64,000 nucleotides of DNA from Lobosporangium transversale (taxonomy: Eukaryota). Each line of letters begins with the position of its first letter. Position 1 is the first letter of the stretch. Positions 36,946 through 49,195 of this stretch are shown here, piece after piece. Where the stretch lies: the NCBI RefSeq assembly GCF_002105155.1, contig NW_019029002.1, positions 248,001 to 312,000 on the forward strand. The letters are read 5' to 3'. The notes below the pieces were generated by a model. The model did not search any database and had not been told where the DNA came from. It saw nothing but the letters and a program-made list of their open reading frames with translations. A program made the position numbers and the translations under genes.

Positions 36946-38289
36946 AAAATGCAGCATTAAAGTCGATGCAGATGCTACAACAAGGAGGCAAGGAGGCAAG
37001 GAGGCTATGCGAAGCCAAAAAGATGTAATTTTAAAAATATAAGTTCTGTGACACAAACATAAAGTAATTCTGTTGATAGTCTCGACCAATAGTCCTGGCA
37101 AAACTGCTATAAATAAAGAAAGATGCTTCTCCTTAGAGGTATTACAAACTTCGCCATCTCTATGCTAAAGAAAGGCGAAGGTTAAAAAGGGTTCAGTAAA
37201 TGCATTGTATCCTAGAAATCAAGACATTTGCTTCCTTGTATAATTGGCCTTGTAAAATAACACCTAACCACATAACAACGCAAATGGCAATAACAGACTA
37301 CTGGACTAAAAAATGACCCTAAGCTCCTAGGGGGATACAGAAGCAACATTTGGCGTATCTCTACTAGCATATTGCTGGTATACCACATTTCGCTACTTGC
37401 TTTTATCAGATTTAAGAAAAGTTAATATCAATCTAAGGCTGTTAACATGAAAGTCCATTATGGTCAGCTTCTACGCTTGGTAGACTTAACGTTCTAGGGA
37501 TTACACCTACATCTTCAGAGGCCCAAGGATAACTCTTCATAGAATATTTGTCCTGGAGTTGTTGCAGAATAGCTCTCGCTTCTGATAATATGATCTATAT
37601 TTTTGACATGGGCCAAGGATGCAGCAATGCCACCGCTGCCGCTACCCCCGGTGACTCTAGCACCGACTCTGGAGCCCATGCAGTCTAAGCTGTAAGTATC
37701 ATTTATCCCAAATGGAAAAAAAAAAAAAAAAAAAAAAAAATTATAAAAAAGTTCACAATTCTAGGCCAATACAGGTTTTTGGCTCCGATATCTAGCTTCA
37801 GCTCGATGACCATAGGCTCAAAAGCGGAAAGGAAGATTTGCAAATATTATATGTTTTTTTAAATGGTTTAGATACTTTCTTATCAACCAACAACCCATCA
37901 CATATTTAAACTTCCTTTTCCGCTAAGAAAATAGAATACGCTATCTTTGGATTTTGGTAACGCTTGAAAATTTCGGTATGGAAGTGGTGTATTTAGACAA
38001 AAACTAGTCGACCACTATCTATTTTTAATCTTATTGAGCAGTAAGTAATCATTAATACTACTCAGCTCCATCCAAAAACAGCTAAAAACAATATGAGGAT
38101 ATGTATTGTTTGTCATTAAGGAGGCCGCAAAAGTTGTTGCATTTCTGGCTACGCTGCATAACATCTTCAGCAGAATTGATCTTACTAGGCACGTTCACCA
38201 AGAGACGAGGTCATGCTGGCTTTATTTATTTAATTGCCTCAAGGGGGGCAGATGTACAAGCCAAGTAAATATGCACATATTAATAAAAA

Positions 38290-39120
38290 ATTACTTGCAC
38301 GGTGTTTTTTATGGACATACCGATACCCTTAGTGCTGTAGGTAAAGTCATTCATTTCAAACCCAATTGGACTCGCTCCATCTGGAGCCACTAGCACTGAG
38401 CCTTCAGAAAATATGTATTTTTCAATTTTGAAACCAGCCGTGGTAAACATGTGCCAGTTACATAGCAAGAAAAAAGGATTTCCTTTAAGGAAACCCGGCT
38501 AGGTTGCGAAAAACAGTAATTATTAGATATTCTAAACTCATTGTCTTAAGGCGCACTACATAAAGTATTAAAAAATCGGGTCCATATCGTCCACACCGCA
38601 GCAATTGCCTAGGCAAGTGACCCCTGCTTTGGTTAAGCTCTGTTTCTCAAATTTATTTGCAATTTGCATTGTTCCAATGAGAAATAAGCCATATCCGATT
38701 TAAGCTAACATAATTATCCTAAAAGTTATCCGATTGCGCCTGGAATATTGTCCATTTTTCCAAACGCGATAACCAAATCGACTATCACAAATACCCAAAC
38801 AACATGTCCTTTACATGTTCCACAAAATCCCATGGTTAATTCCGCATGGCCAGCTGGACAAAATTTGCAAACATTCTGATAAATTTCTCCACCCTTTTCA
38901 ATAACTTACCTTTGGGCAATTTTTTTAGGCATTGGAACAATGTAATAAAAATAAGGAAAAAGATATTTGCACGACCCCGTACACACCTTATTTACACTGC
39001 TCCTCCCGTACAAATAAAAAAAAAATTATTTGCACAGGGGTCTTTTTTTTTTTTGTCCAGGTCTTTATTTCAGTCTTTAATACCACTACCAGGAAGCCGT
39101 CCACGACACAAGCTCGACAC
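38290..39120. repeat. Fragments of a dispersed repeat shared with 40810-40980
   Basis: 38308-38394 (tttatggacataccgatacc..aaagtcattcatttcaaacccaattg..ctccatc) matches 40893-40978. 38962-39020 (tatttgcacgaccccgtacacac..ctgctcctcc) matches 40812-40860. Confidence 0.7.
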
Positions 39121-40726
39121 CCAAGCATCAAATATTGACTAGAATATTTATCTTATCAAGGTCGTACGTAGCCCAGAATAGATGCTGGTGTTCTTTATGC
39201 GATTCTGGGACTAAATAAAGAATTACAAACGATTTATCTATAATTCGGAAATACTATGCCGCTTTACTTTGCACTTTTGTTGGTCGTATTCTTATAGGTT
39301 GTGGATGGTTCACCAATGCTTTCTTTCATTTAGCGCGTGCATACATCTCTAGTGTTTCCGTACGCTATTAAGCATATAACGATGAGTTCAGTAATTAGGG
39401 ACCCCTAATGTGTAGTTTGTTTCGGTAGATATATAAACGATCATACTCATTGCTAAGATGCATAGCGTGTCGTGTTACTACTCTCTTTCTTTTCTCTTTC
39501 TTCTATGTTCTTATCTCTGTCCTTCTTTATTAAGAGCTCAAGCGCCCTCATTACTACCAAATTCACCAAAATACAATGGGTAGACCTCAGTTTATTTTGT
39601 GGAGTGTCTATCCTCTCACCCGTTTGTAACTCGAGAGATTACTTATATTTTGATAGTTGGTGACAGTTCGCACTCAAAGCCGGTCGTGCCACACTTACCT
39701 ATATTCCTATATCTAAATAGCTGAAATACTTTAATAGCATAACCGTGACTTATAGTGATAGAAAAGAGGCATAAATACTCTTTTCTGTTATGTTGATAAA
39801 GATCCTTATTTTGTCTCATTACATTCCAAGTTTGTTATCATGTTCAATCAGGGTTGATTTTTCACCAATAATAGCCAGAACTTGCCTTGGGTCGTCTTTA
39901 GCACGCAGTGTCGCATACTCAGCAGCACATGTAGATGCTCACTGCGTCTAGGGATTAGCTTCATATTGTACAATCATCTGAAAGAAAGTTTGGTCAAAAA
40001 AATTAAATTTTGAAATGGTTATGAAGAGAAGCACTGTCTTCAATCCTATTTCTTGCCGTTTTCCCTCAGCATGTACTGCCCAAAAACTTCAGTAGTTATC
40101 CACATTGGCCTCATTAATAAAAGCGCAAATTTCCATCTTGGTTGGTGAAGTGTTTTTATATGTCACAAATGAGCTGTTTGTCAGAGATTCAAAATAAAAA
40201 AATAATAAATAACCCACTTTGACCAGACTTTCTTTCGGGTGACTGTCGAGCGGAATAGAGCGTGAAAAATATTTTGTAGATAGTAAGCAGTAGAAAAGTA
40301 AATGAGAATAAGATATCGGTCTACACACCACACCCATGGGGTATTTATTCATTTTCTGCTAGAGGGACTTATACCAGGTAACTACGTATCTATCTGTAGG
40401 TTCGTTCTAAAAACTTCATATCAAAGATTTATCGCGTCTATGTGTGGCACGTTATTGCCACTAATTTCTACTGCTAACCTTTTTAGTGCATTAATGTTTT
40501 TTACCCTAATTTTTTTCTATCATAATATTGCATACTGTGAAATATGCAACAGAGCGCGATGAGTATCACAGCTCCCACGGCGCTGCAACTTCCAACAGTA
40601 ATAATTCCAGACTCCCCTCTACTCTAGACTCACCTTCGCTTATTTTGATCGAAATAAAAAGCTAGAATCATGTAATCGTAGGATACACGTTGCTGCTTGT
40701 AGATGAAATAAAAACCCCGTACAAAT

Positions 40727-41193
40727 GGATTAATCTATTGGCAACCAAATATGATCAGTTTTGAAAACTCTCTTTGGCAGCCCAGCTGCCAAATAGCACC
40801 CTCATAAAAGAAGTATTTGCACGGTCCCGTACACACTGCTCCTCCAGTGAAAATAAAATATATATATATATACATATATAACAGAGTGTTTCTTTATGGA
40901 CATGTTGATACCTTGGAGCTCTAAGCAAAGTCACTCATTTTAAGTCCAATTGTCGTCACTCCATCCGAAGCCGCTACCAGGCATCGAAGCGCAACTTATT
41001 CATATGGGTTTTACTCTTTCTGACAAACACTAATACTTGTAATTATATGATGAGTACAACAAGGCGTAGTGTGTGGCCGATCAACCGCTTCAACTTAGTT
41101 TTGCAAAACATTATTTGGCAGCCCCAAAAAATAGGCTGCCAAATAGAGGCAAAAATTACTATATTTGGTATGGGCTGCCAAATAGATTAATCC
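40727..41193. mobile_element. MITE/foldback-like element with imperfect inverted ends and GGCAGC-containing hairpins
   Basis: ggattaatctattggca..accaaatat..ttttg..ctctctttggcagcc (40727-40783) is the imperfect reverse complement of 41134-41193. Perfect hairpins at 40773-40793 (9 bp) and 41112-41145 (12 bp). No TSD identified. Confidence 0.45.
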
Positions 41194-41289
41194 TTTCCTA
41201 TTTACATGGCTCCGGTTCGGACCTTTCATGCAAAGCAGAAAAGTAGCTAAACCCAAAATACAACTGTAAAAAAATGCATCCGACACAAT

Positions 41290-41371
41290 TGTCGACTATG
41301 GGACTCGAACCCATGCACCAATTAAGGTAGAGGGCCTAAACCTCACGGAATAACCACTATCCGAAGTCGAC
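41290..41371 (-). tRNA. tRNA-Leu(UAG), intronless, long variable arm
   Basis: Reverse complement folds as a cloverleaf: acceptor GTCGACT/AGTCGAC, D arm GGAT-AGTGGTTA-TTCC, anticodon loop TTTAGGC, variable arm ACC-TTAATT-GGT, T arm ATGGG-TTCGAGT-CCCAT, discriminator A. Confidence 0.92.
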
Positions 41372-41396
41372 CAGATGCTATTAATCTGTCCTAAAT

Positions 41397-41683
41397 TGAA
41401 GCAACTTAAGCTCACGTCCTATAACAAGTGACGTCATGGTAGGTAGGACCAGAGGTATACCTATAGTGGTACCCTCAAACCCACCCCGTCCTGCCTGGAC
41501 GTGAGCTCAGCCACCCGATCCTCCCCGCTATAATAAATAGTGGACTCTCCGTCCCTGAAGTGTTCCTTACCTTTATCTTGGTACAACACTTCAGGTATGC
41601 AACCTCATTCATCTCAGCACTAGTTACTTGTATAGTATTATATCATAAACTAATAAAGACCTTTATCTTGGTACAACACTTCA
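41397..41683 (+). mobile_element. Probable solo LTR just upstream of the tRNA gene
   Basis: TGAAG...CTTCA inverted termini, TATA-like tataataaatag (~41529), AATAAA (41652) and a 25-nt exact direct repeat (41569-41593 = 41659-41683). No matching TSD found; the left end is uncertain (41387 is an alternative). Confidence 0.5.
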
Positions 41684-41896
41684 CAGTGTTCTATGTATTT
41701 GCGTCTCGCTGCGGTTTTTAAGGGCATTTCAGTATAACCCCCCGGTTCTTAAGACAGTGATTTTTTCAAATCTTATGTAATAAAGATATATTTACTATAC
41801 AAAAAACCGAGCTATTACCACGAGACTTAAATCATGTGATCAAAGAATGGTTTTAGCTTCCCAAGCACAAACAGGCACCATACCTTCAGGGCACCC

Positions 41897-41939
41897 CCCT
41901 GTCTAGCCCAGGGGCCGGGTTCGAGTCCTGGTTAAGGCA
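41897..41939 (+). ncRNA. Degenerate tRNA-like fragment (A-box-like sequence + T arm/B box)
   Basis: tagcccagggg (41904-41914) is followed directly by the T arm ccggg-ttcgagt-cctgg (41915-41931) and ttaaggca. There is no complete cloverleaf. Confidence 0.5.
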
Positions 41940-42012
41940 CATAAAGTGAAGCAAACATGTACCAGGTCAGGGATTTGTCTGAGTTTTTATACTTTCTCTT
42001 CGAGACAGCCTA

Positions 42013-42826
42013 GTGTTCTCCGCTAAAGCACAAAGGGCCAGAGAGAGAGGTGTAGACCCACCAAGGACAAAAGAGCCAAATTTTACTGCGGCAGAGGAGG
42101 ACTACATTTGGAAAACTCTGGGGATGCATATCGATGGTGTGCGAGAAGTACGACGCCGTGGTGACAGGAACGGCGATGATGAGGAAGAGAGAGAGCACAC
42201 ACCAGATTGGTCTGTGCAGGACATTTACCATGGACTTACGCCCAAGTCCATTGCTCAGAGTTGGAAAGTTGGCTTCAAGACAACAACAAGGATAGCTACA
42301 TAAATGGCAGGGCGCTTCGTCAAGGCCATAGAAGAATTCGGTCGTACAGAAATCTGGAACAAACGGTGTAAAGTCACCGTTGAATGGGAAAAGGCTCGTG
42401 GAATCACTGCTATGAGCAAACGCGCTAGAGGACGCAGCTGTGTTGGGGAGCACAGACGTAGCAGCAATGATTTCCTTGTCCCTTCCCTCAGACAAAGACA
42501 GAAGCTGAATGTAAAAGAGATCTACAGGGTTACGGATAATCGAGTCCGGGACAGTTACCTTGGGAAAACCAAACTGGACGTGATGGAGCGGCTAGGTGGA
42601 ATGAAGTTTTTGATGACTATGGATAGCGGATAATTTGTCGCGTTGCGCAACAGGCCACGTCGGAAAGGTGGACTTTGAGTACCAACCACGGCGGTCAGGG
42701 TTTATGAAATCATGGATACAGCGGCTTTCGCCGTTTGTGCAGTAATAGCTGTTTATTGACTATAGTTTCTAGAGCATTTTGTTCATAGAGTGTAGAAATA
42801 AATCCCATGGTCCTCCAGGTCCTCAT

Positions 42827-42865
<39 letters not shown>
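42013..42865 (+). mobile_element. 5'-truncated non-LTR retrotransposon (LINE) 3' fragment
   Basis: One frame, 42013-42633, broken by a single TAA at 42301. EIWNKRCKVTVEWEKARGITAMSKR resembles the IWxxRCxxxxxWExxxGI C-terminal motif I recall from RT-RNase H ORFs of early-diverging fungal LINEs. A 35-nt A run lies at 42831-42865. Confidence 0.6.
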
Positions 42866-42869
<4 letters not shown>

Positions 42870-45352
42870 TCATGCCCATAGCAATCAATGCCATATTCAC
42901 TGTGTCTCTTTCACAGTGCCTAGAGCGGTCAGCAGCACAAGATGGCTTTTTTTTGATGGATTTCTAAGATTTCTGTTACACAAAGTTTTGATTACCATCC
43001 AACTAACAACTTTAAAAAAAATAAGAGCATAGAAAGAAAAGGAATTGCGTATAAGTTACGTGTTGTACATGTATATGGCTATGGAACTTACCACTCTCAT
43101 GGCCTGCTCACGCACGACAATAAATTGTCTATGTTTTTATACATTTATACATTTATATGATGTATATAATAAGGATTGCATAACGTTGCAAATAAGCGGT
43201 CTAGAAGTACACATCTAAAACCCAACAAGAATTAAAGCAGAGTTCCTATTTTACTCCCTGCAACGTGTGAATCAATACCATTCTACATCCTGTATTCATG
43301 ATAGGTTTTATTTTATTTTACTTTGTTTATAAAAAGGCCACTAACAAGTTCAAAAGAAATGAGGATTTTTTCTTTTGCCCATTTACCAAATCCAACTCTG
43401 TTTAAAGTTACTAAACAAGTTCTATATTCCTATAAGGAGGATTTTACAAATATATTCAGCGGTATATATTATATACTTTCCCAGTTGCCAGTGTGGTCCT
43501 CAATTTAGTTCCATTCGTGTCTTTAACTTGGAGTGGACTGTTCAAGATCATTTGCAAAGGGATCGCTAGTTTATTTTTATTTTTATCATTAATAGTTTAC
43601 TAAATAATGAGATTGAAGAAATGGGTTGATGGGATACAAAAAATGCATTTATGCAATGTGATTTATGCCAGTAACTCAAGCACCTGTTTGATGGTTCATT
43701 ATATATTTTTCATATGGGTCTTTCTTCTCAAAAGAAAAAAAAGATAGTTGTTTTGTAAGCTGGATCCAGCCTGGATAAATTGGAAGGTTTTTATATACCG
43801 AAGAAAGGGCTCAGAACTGGAAAAGGACGAAATGTTCATTAATATAAAAAAATATACATTTTAATTAAAATTATTGTACTATTGATGCGAGCATGAAAGA
43901 AAAAATACGCTAGTACTTGCACTTGTATTGATTAACCAACCACCCCAACGTCGTCTTGAAAATAAGCAATACAGATGGACGGAGAGCCCTTTTAGGTTTA
44001 GGTGCATTTGGAAAAGAACATTGTGACGAGACTAGCGAGGGAATAAGCTACTAAAAAAAATTATGTTGGTTGAACTGTCCACTACCATCCTACAGCGACA
44101 TTGACTTTGTGGACCCGGTCCGAGAATAGGGGCATATGAAAAAGGGCAAATGTTCCTGAAGATCATAATCTTGATTCAAATCATGTTCTTATTCTCCACT
44201 CTCCCTCTCCATTCCTAAATCAGTTTCCCATTCATTCAGAATGTACTTGTGGTGATATACATAAATATATATATGACACAATACAATATGGCGAGAAATA
44301 TGATACGAAACAGTGAGAAGACGATTTGACTGATTTAAATGATTGATTGATTAATTGATTGATCCTGACTGGGACCCCTTGTCTGGGGTATTCAATGAAC
44401 AAATGAACAAATGAACATTAAATAACTGGAGGGTCTTATTGACAGATATAGAATGGCTACTTTCTCAATTCAGTTGAAAGAAAGATTAGTAAATATATAT
44501 TGATATGGAGCACATACTGTTTGTATAGAGCTGTCTACTATAGTATCCTGTGAGCTCAACTATAAACACTATAAACATTGCCGCTGTCTACTGCAGAAGC
44601 TCCGTGTTGCCACTTGTTGACTATTGTTTTCTCTCACACTATATCTATTTTGATCAATCTTTTTTGTTTCGCTTTTTCATCTGGTTCCGTTTTCATTTTC
44701 TCTTCTACTCTTTTCGTGTTTCTATCCATCCTACTCTGCTCACCACTCTTTAACAGGTCATACAGAAAGAAAGAAAGAAAGAAAGAAAGATATATCGTCA
44801 TTACCACAATAGTCATTCATCAGCGTCATATCTTCAACCATAACCATAACAATAAGGGCAATAACAGCATCATCCTCTATTCAGCTAGCAGTTTAACTTC
44901 TGCTTCGTTCCAACCCCTTTGCATATTCTCGACAAGCGCTTTTATATATATTTTTATTTTTACATTCTTACATTCTTTAGTGTCTTAGCTTGCTTACCCT
45001 TTTTTTTTTTTTTTTTTTTTTTTTGTTTTTTAACGACTGCCTCCTTTTCTTGTCAATTTGTTATATCATCATTATTTTAATCATTGCCCTGTTCGTCACC
45101 CCTCCGTTTCAAAGTCGCGTGTCCCTGTTTAAATCACCCTTTTATCGCCGATGAAAAAGTAATTTCTCGGTAAAAAACAACTTTTCCCTGACTATTTGAT
45201 TCAACTAAACTCACTTGATATATTTCTGTGCTTTATTTCTCTTGTTCCTTTGGCTCGTTCCTTTCTTCAATCCTTTGGATCGTTCTTTTCTTCAGTCCTT
45301 TCCTTCATCTCTCCCTCTCTCTCTCTTTCCCTCTCTTCCTTGCTTCCTCAAT

Positions 45353-47746
45353 ATGACTGTAAAACACCCACACCTTCAACTCAAGGGCCTGTTGGCTGAT
45401 AGTAATGGTCGGAAGCCCTCGTTGTTACCACTTCAAAAACCCTCTCCATTACCACGTACTGCAGGCTCGTTCTCTCTTCCTTATAAACGCACTGTATTCT
45501 TCTTTATCGCGATCTCCTCCGCCTTGCTCCTTCTCAACACAGCTAATATTCACTTCTCAGCGGTTTCAACGGCAGAAGAAAGTTTATCAAATTCAACATT
45601 TCCAAAGAATTCACCACAGTCATCAACGGGATCTCGTCACGGTTATGACTACGAGCATGGAACTAGCGTAAATAGGCCAAAGCAGTCAGAATATTCGCCC
45701 ATTTACAATGATGAGGATGATGACGATATTGACGAAGATGAAGGGTGGAGGTTTACAGACGAACATGGTTTGAACGACAATGAAAACGAGGGCGAGGATG
45801 AGGAAGAACATGACGTAAATAATCTCCCCTCAAAACCACAGCGTGGTCGCCCTGCTCGTATCGTTCCTTTCAAGAGTATAGAGGGCATTCTCCCGCCAAA
45901 TTGTCCAAACCTTGTACTCACTACAGAAACTTCATTCGAAAGCCCGTCATACGTCTCCTCCTCCACAGTTCCACCACCATCCACATCCGCCACTTCTCCC
46001 TCCTCGTCCTTGCTTACACCTGATCAAGTCCATTGCCAGCGAATCCCATCACAGTTAAAAAATTATTCTCTCGCCTTTTGTATATCCAATTCCGATTGTT
46101 CTCGTGGATTTATTCAGATTGTACATAAGCTCAGTGCCCCGGTTGCAAAATTCAAGACCTCAAAGGATACGAGCCATGACCTGCATTTCCGTCAGGTAGC
46201 CGGCCCTGACGACTTTTATTTTTTACTGGAGGGCGCGCAAAAGTTGGCTCTTGGAGCACATTTGGTACCAAACAACCTTGAAGTCAATGTCGATAATTCT
46301 TCACATTCTGGCGATTCAAACTCGTCATCGCTCTCTGATGCTGCGCCCTCTGACAAACTGGTCTACAGGGCTGATTTTCGAATGGCTCTCCCTGGACCAA
46401 TACAGCTCTTTGGATGGCTTACCTACGAAAATTTTAGGGCTGTGCGCGAAAATCGTCCAGGTGTTTGGCCTCAATGGACCCATTCTATCTTGATTGACCC
46501 AAAGACAGTGGTCAATCCAACAGAGAACGCCACAACAAAATTCACTATTTGTCCTGACTGTGAGTTGAGTTCGTTCTTGGACCAAGTAAAGACGTATCGC
46601 GAGCAGCACTTTGAGCAATGCGATCGCATGGTGCCTGTTCGTGGATCATATTGGCGCGAGGACTTAGCCGTCAAAGTCTACTCAGGTCTAGACATCGTCA
46701 ATAATGCACCAGGTGCTGGAGCCTTTTACAAAGCCCCGAATAGCAACAATGTACCCAAACCACAGAATGGGAAATTGACCAGAGGGTGGCGTTTTGTGCC
46801 AAATGGATGCACAATGACCAAAACATCTAGCCAGCTTCATGGCTCTTCTCAAAATCCTTACGTACCTACATGCGACTCTATTGCTTCGCCCACCGCGGCT
46901 ATGCGCCCTCCCAAGCCCGCGGAGCAGGACCATGATACCAATAATAGTGATAATAATGACAGCAACAATGAGAATAATTACCCTAGACGCCGAATCCTCT
47001 TTACAGGTGATTCACAAGTCCGGACTACATACAACTCCATCCTGAGCCATTACCGCCCTGTTGACCCTCACCAACGTTTCCCTGCGCATAGCGAATTCTT
47101 ACCCGTACTCGAGAATCTCAATCTTAATAACACGCAGACAGAGAAACCCAATTCTGCAATTACCACTCCAAGGACGGAATCGGACACGGAGATTGAGTTG
47201 GTGTACAGAGCAGACCAGTTCTTGGATTATCTGCTTGATTCCTCTGATGAAGAGCTAGATAAATATGACACAATCTATCTCAATATTGGGCAATGGCCGG
47301 CTAGTGGGCCTGTTGCAGGTGGACAATGGTCGACTGCAAAGCTGTTGGAGCGATGGGAGGGAGTCATTCAGCGGCTGAACCGGTGGAAGGAGTCTCGCGA
47401 GGCTCGACTTGTGGCACGGCGACAGCAACGATATGAACGAGGAAGCGATCCAGATATGAATATGGATCCTAAGGAAGACCCGACGGTGGGTTCTGGCGAG
47501 TCTTCCATTGTCATCTGGGCAGGAATGAATGCATTCCCTATGCGCACAGATACTTCTATCCGCGTTAAAGGCGATTGGAGGACAAATGCACGCTTGGGCT
47601 ACTGGGATGATTGGATTGAAATCATTTCTCAAGAGGCTGGTGGATGGTTCCGACGATTGAACTCATGGCAATTGACCTTTGTAAGGCTCTATGACATCAT
47701 ATTTTCGCATTTTTGATAAATTTATCCAGCACATTGCGCATGGTCT

Positions 47747-47780
<34 letters not shown>

Positions 47781-47968
47781 CATTTTTGTAGCCCATGTTG
47801 GATCAGGTTACTGATAAGGCTCATTTCCAAGAGACGGATGCTATTGATGCACTCAAGCTGGAAGCCCTTTATAAACTAGACCTTTGCTCGCGCATGAGTG
47901 CTGATACCCCCTATTCGGATCTTCTTTCAGAATCAGTAACCATAGCTACTTCTAATACCACTGCCTAA
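45353..47968 (+). CDS. Type II membrane SGNH/GDSL-like protein (PC-esterase/TBL/Cas1p-N-like); join(45353..47680,47792..47968)
   Basis: N-terminal TM (VFFFIAISSALLLL), Cys-rich lumenal region, RRILFTGDSQVR (GDS nucleophile), LNIGQW, and DKAH (DxxH), which appears only after splicing the gtaagg..gtag intron. Confidence 0.85.
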
Positions 47969-48780
47969 GTACTAACTCACAAAAAAAGAAGTATCATGAT
48001 AACAATACCCTCCCTCATTAATGAACATCATTGCATATTATACACATACAAAAAGCATCAACTCCTATATATAAATAAACTCAAATTGAAGGAAATATGT
48101 AGATGCATGTGAGTTTATTGGTATTTAAGACTTTGGCTGATCGCTTTCTGCAGGAGGATCAGTCAACGCTGCCGTTGGGAAAACTTGTTCTTGAAAGCAA
48201 AAGCCTGGTGCAAGCAAGGCAACAGAGAGCCTAAAGCGATGCGCAAGGAGAAGCTCCAAGCATTAAAGATCAAGCCGTAAAAAGGATCTCTAGCTAGAAT
48301 GAAAATAAACACTCTTTTTTGATACTTTGACATTTCTTAAATGCTTCAGCTTTGCGCATATGGCATCGAATTTGAAGCCGTCTCTGTCTTCTTTTAAGGC
48401 TAGAAATACTAGAGCAATAGCGTTTAACTGAAGGCCCTTGGAGAGTACTGCCTGCCTGCCTAGAGGTAACACGACCAAGGTCTAAACATGCTGGTCACGA
48501 AGCTCTGCATGAAGCTCATTCAGGTTGGCAAGGGATTGAAGACTAAAATGCAAAAACTAGCCAAGTGTTCCTACTATTTGACTCACAAAGGCAAGGGACA
48601 CAAAAATACGAGGGCTTATAAGAATAAAAACACCATCTGGAAGGAACCATTACAATTCAATTCGTGTTTCCCTGCTTGGTGTAACAAGGGTCATCAAGCA
48701 TGAGAAAGGGTTATGTTTGATTATCTGATCCTTGAACATGAGCACATGGCGCTTGCTTCTATCTGAAAGAGACAGACACG

Positions 48781-48812
<32 letters not shown>

Positions 48813-49195
48813 CTTTTTCGTGGGGAAGCTTACATGTTGCGCGAGGGCAGCGAGAGCAATAGCCATGACATGCGGCTAAGTAGAAGTGAAGATGGGGGGC
48901 AGCCGAAGTTGATACAGATGTTCAGTTTAAGGCAGACAAAATTTTGCTCCGAAGATCACACACTGAACATGCAGCCCAGATTTGCCAACACTAACCGAAA
49001 AGCCCTTATAAAACTCACTGCCTACTTTCTCCACGTCTTTTTTTTTTTTTTTTTTTTTGTCTTCATCTCCATCTATACCTTTTCTGCTTCGACCCAAGTT
49101 GTTGTTAAAAAGATTGAGAATTCAGTTCGCTCATTCATTTACCTCATTTCACTACCTTTTTTTGCCCATTTCCACAAATTAAATTTCCCAAAACG

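Noticed and set aside
39400..39690. LTR-like stretch with TATA, a hairpin and a PBS-like TGGTGACAG
   Set aside because: No TG..CA termini, partner LTR or gag/pol sequence; too weak to call.
41569..41683. 25-nt direct repeat pair as a CRISPR-like array
   Set aside because: Only two copies, in a eukaryotic context with no cas genes; better explained as LTR-internal duplication.
48150..48703. Coding-like sequence with many in-frame stops
   Set aside because: No family could be assigned.
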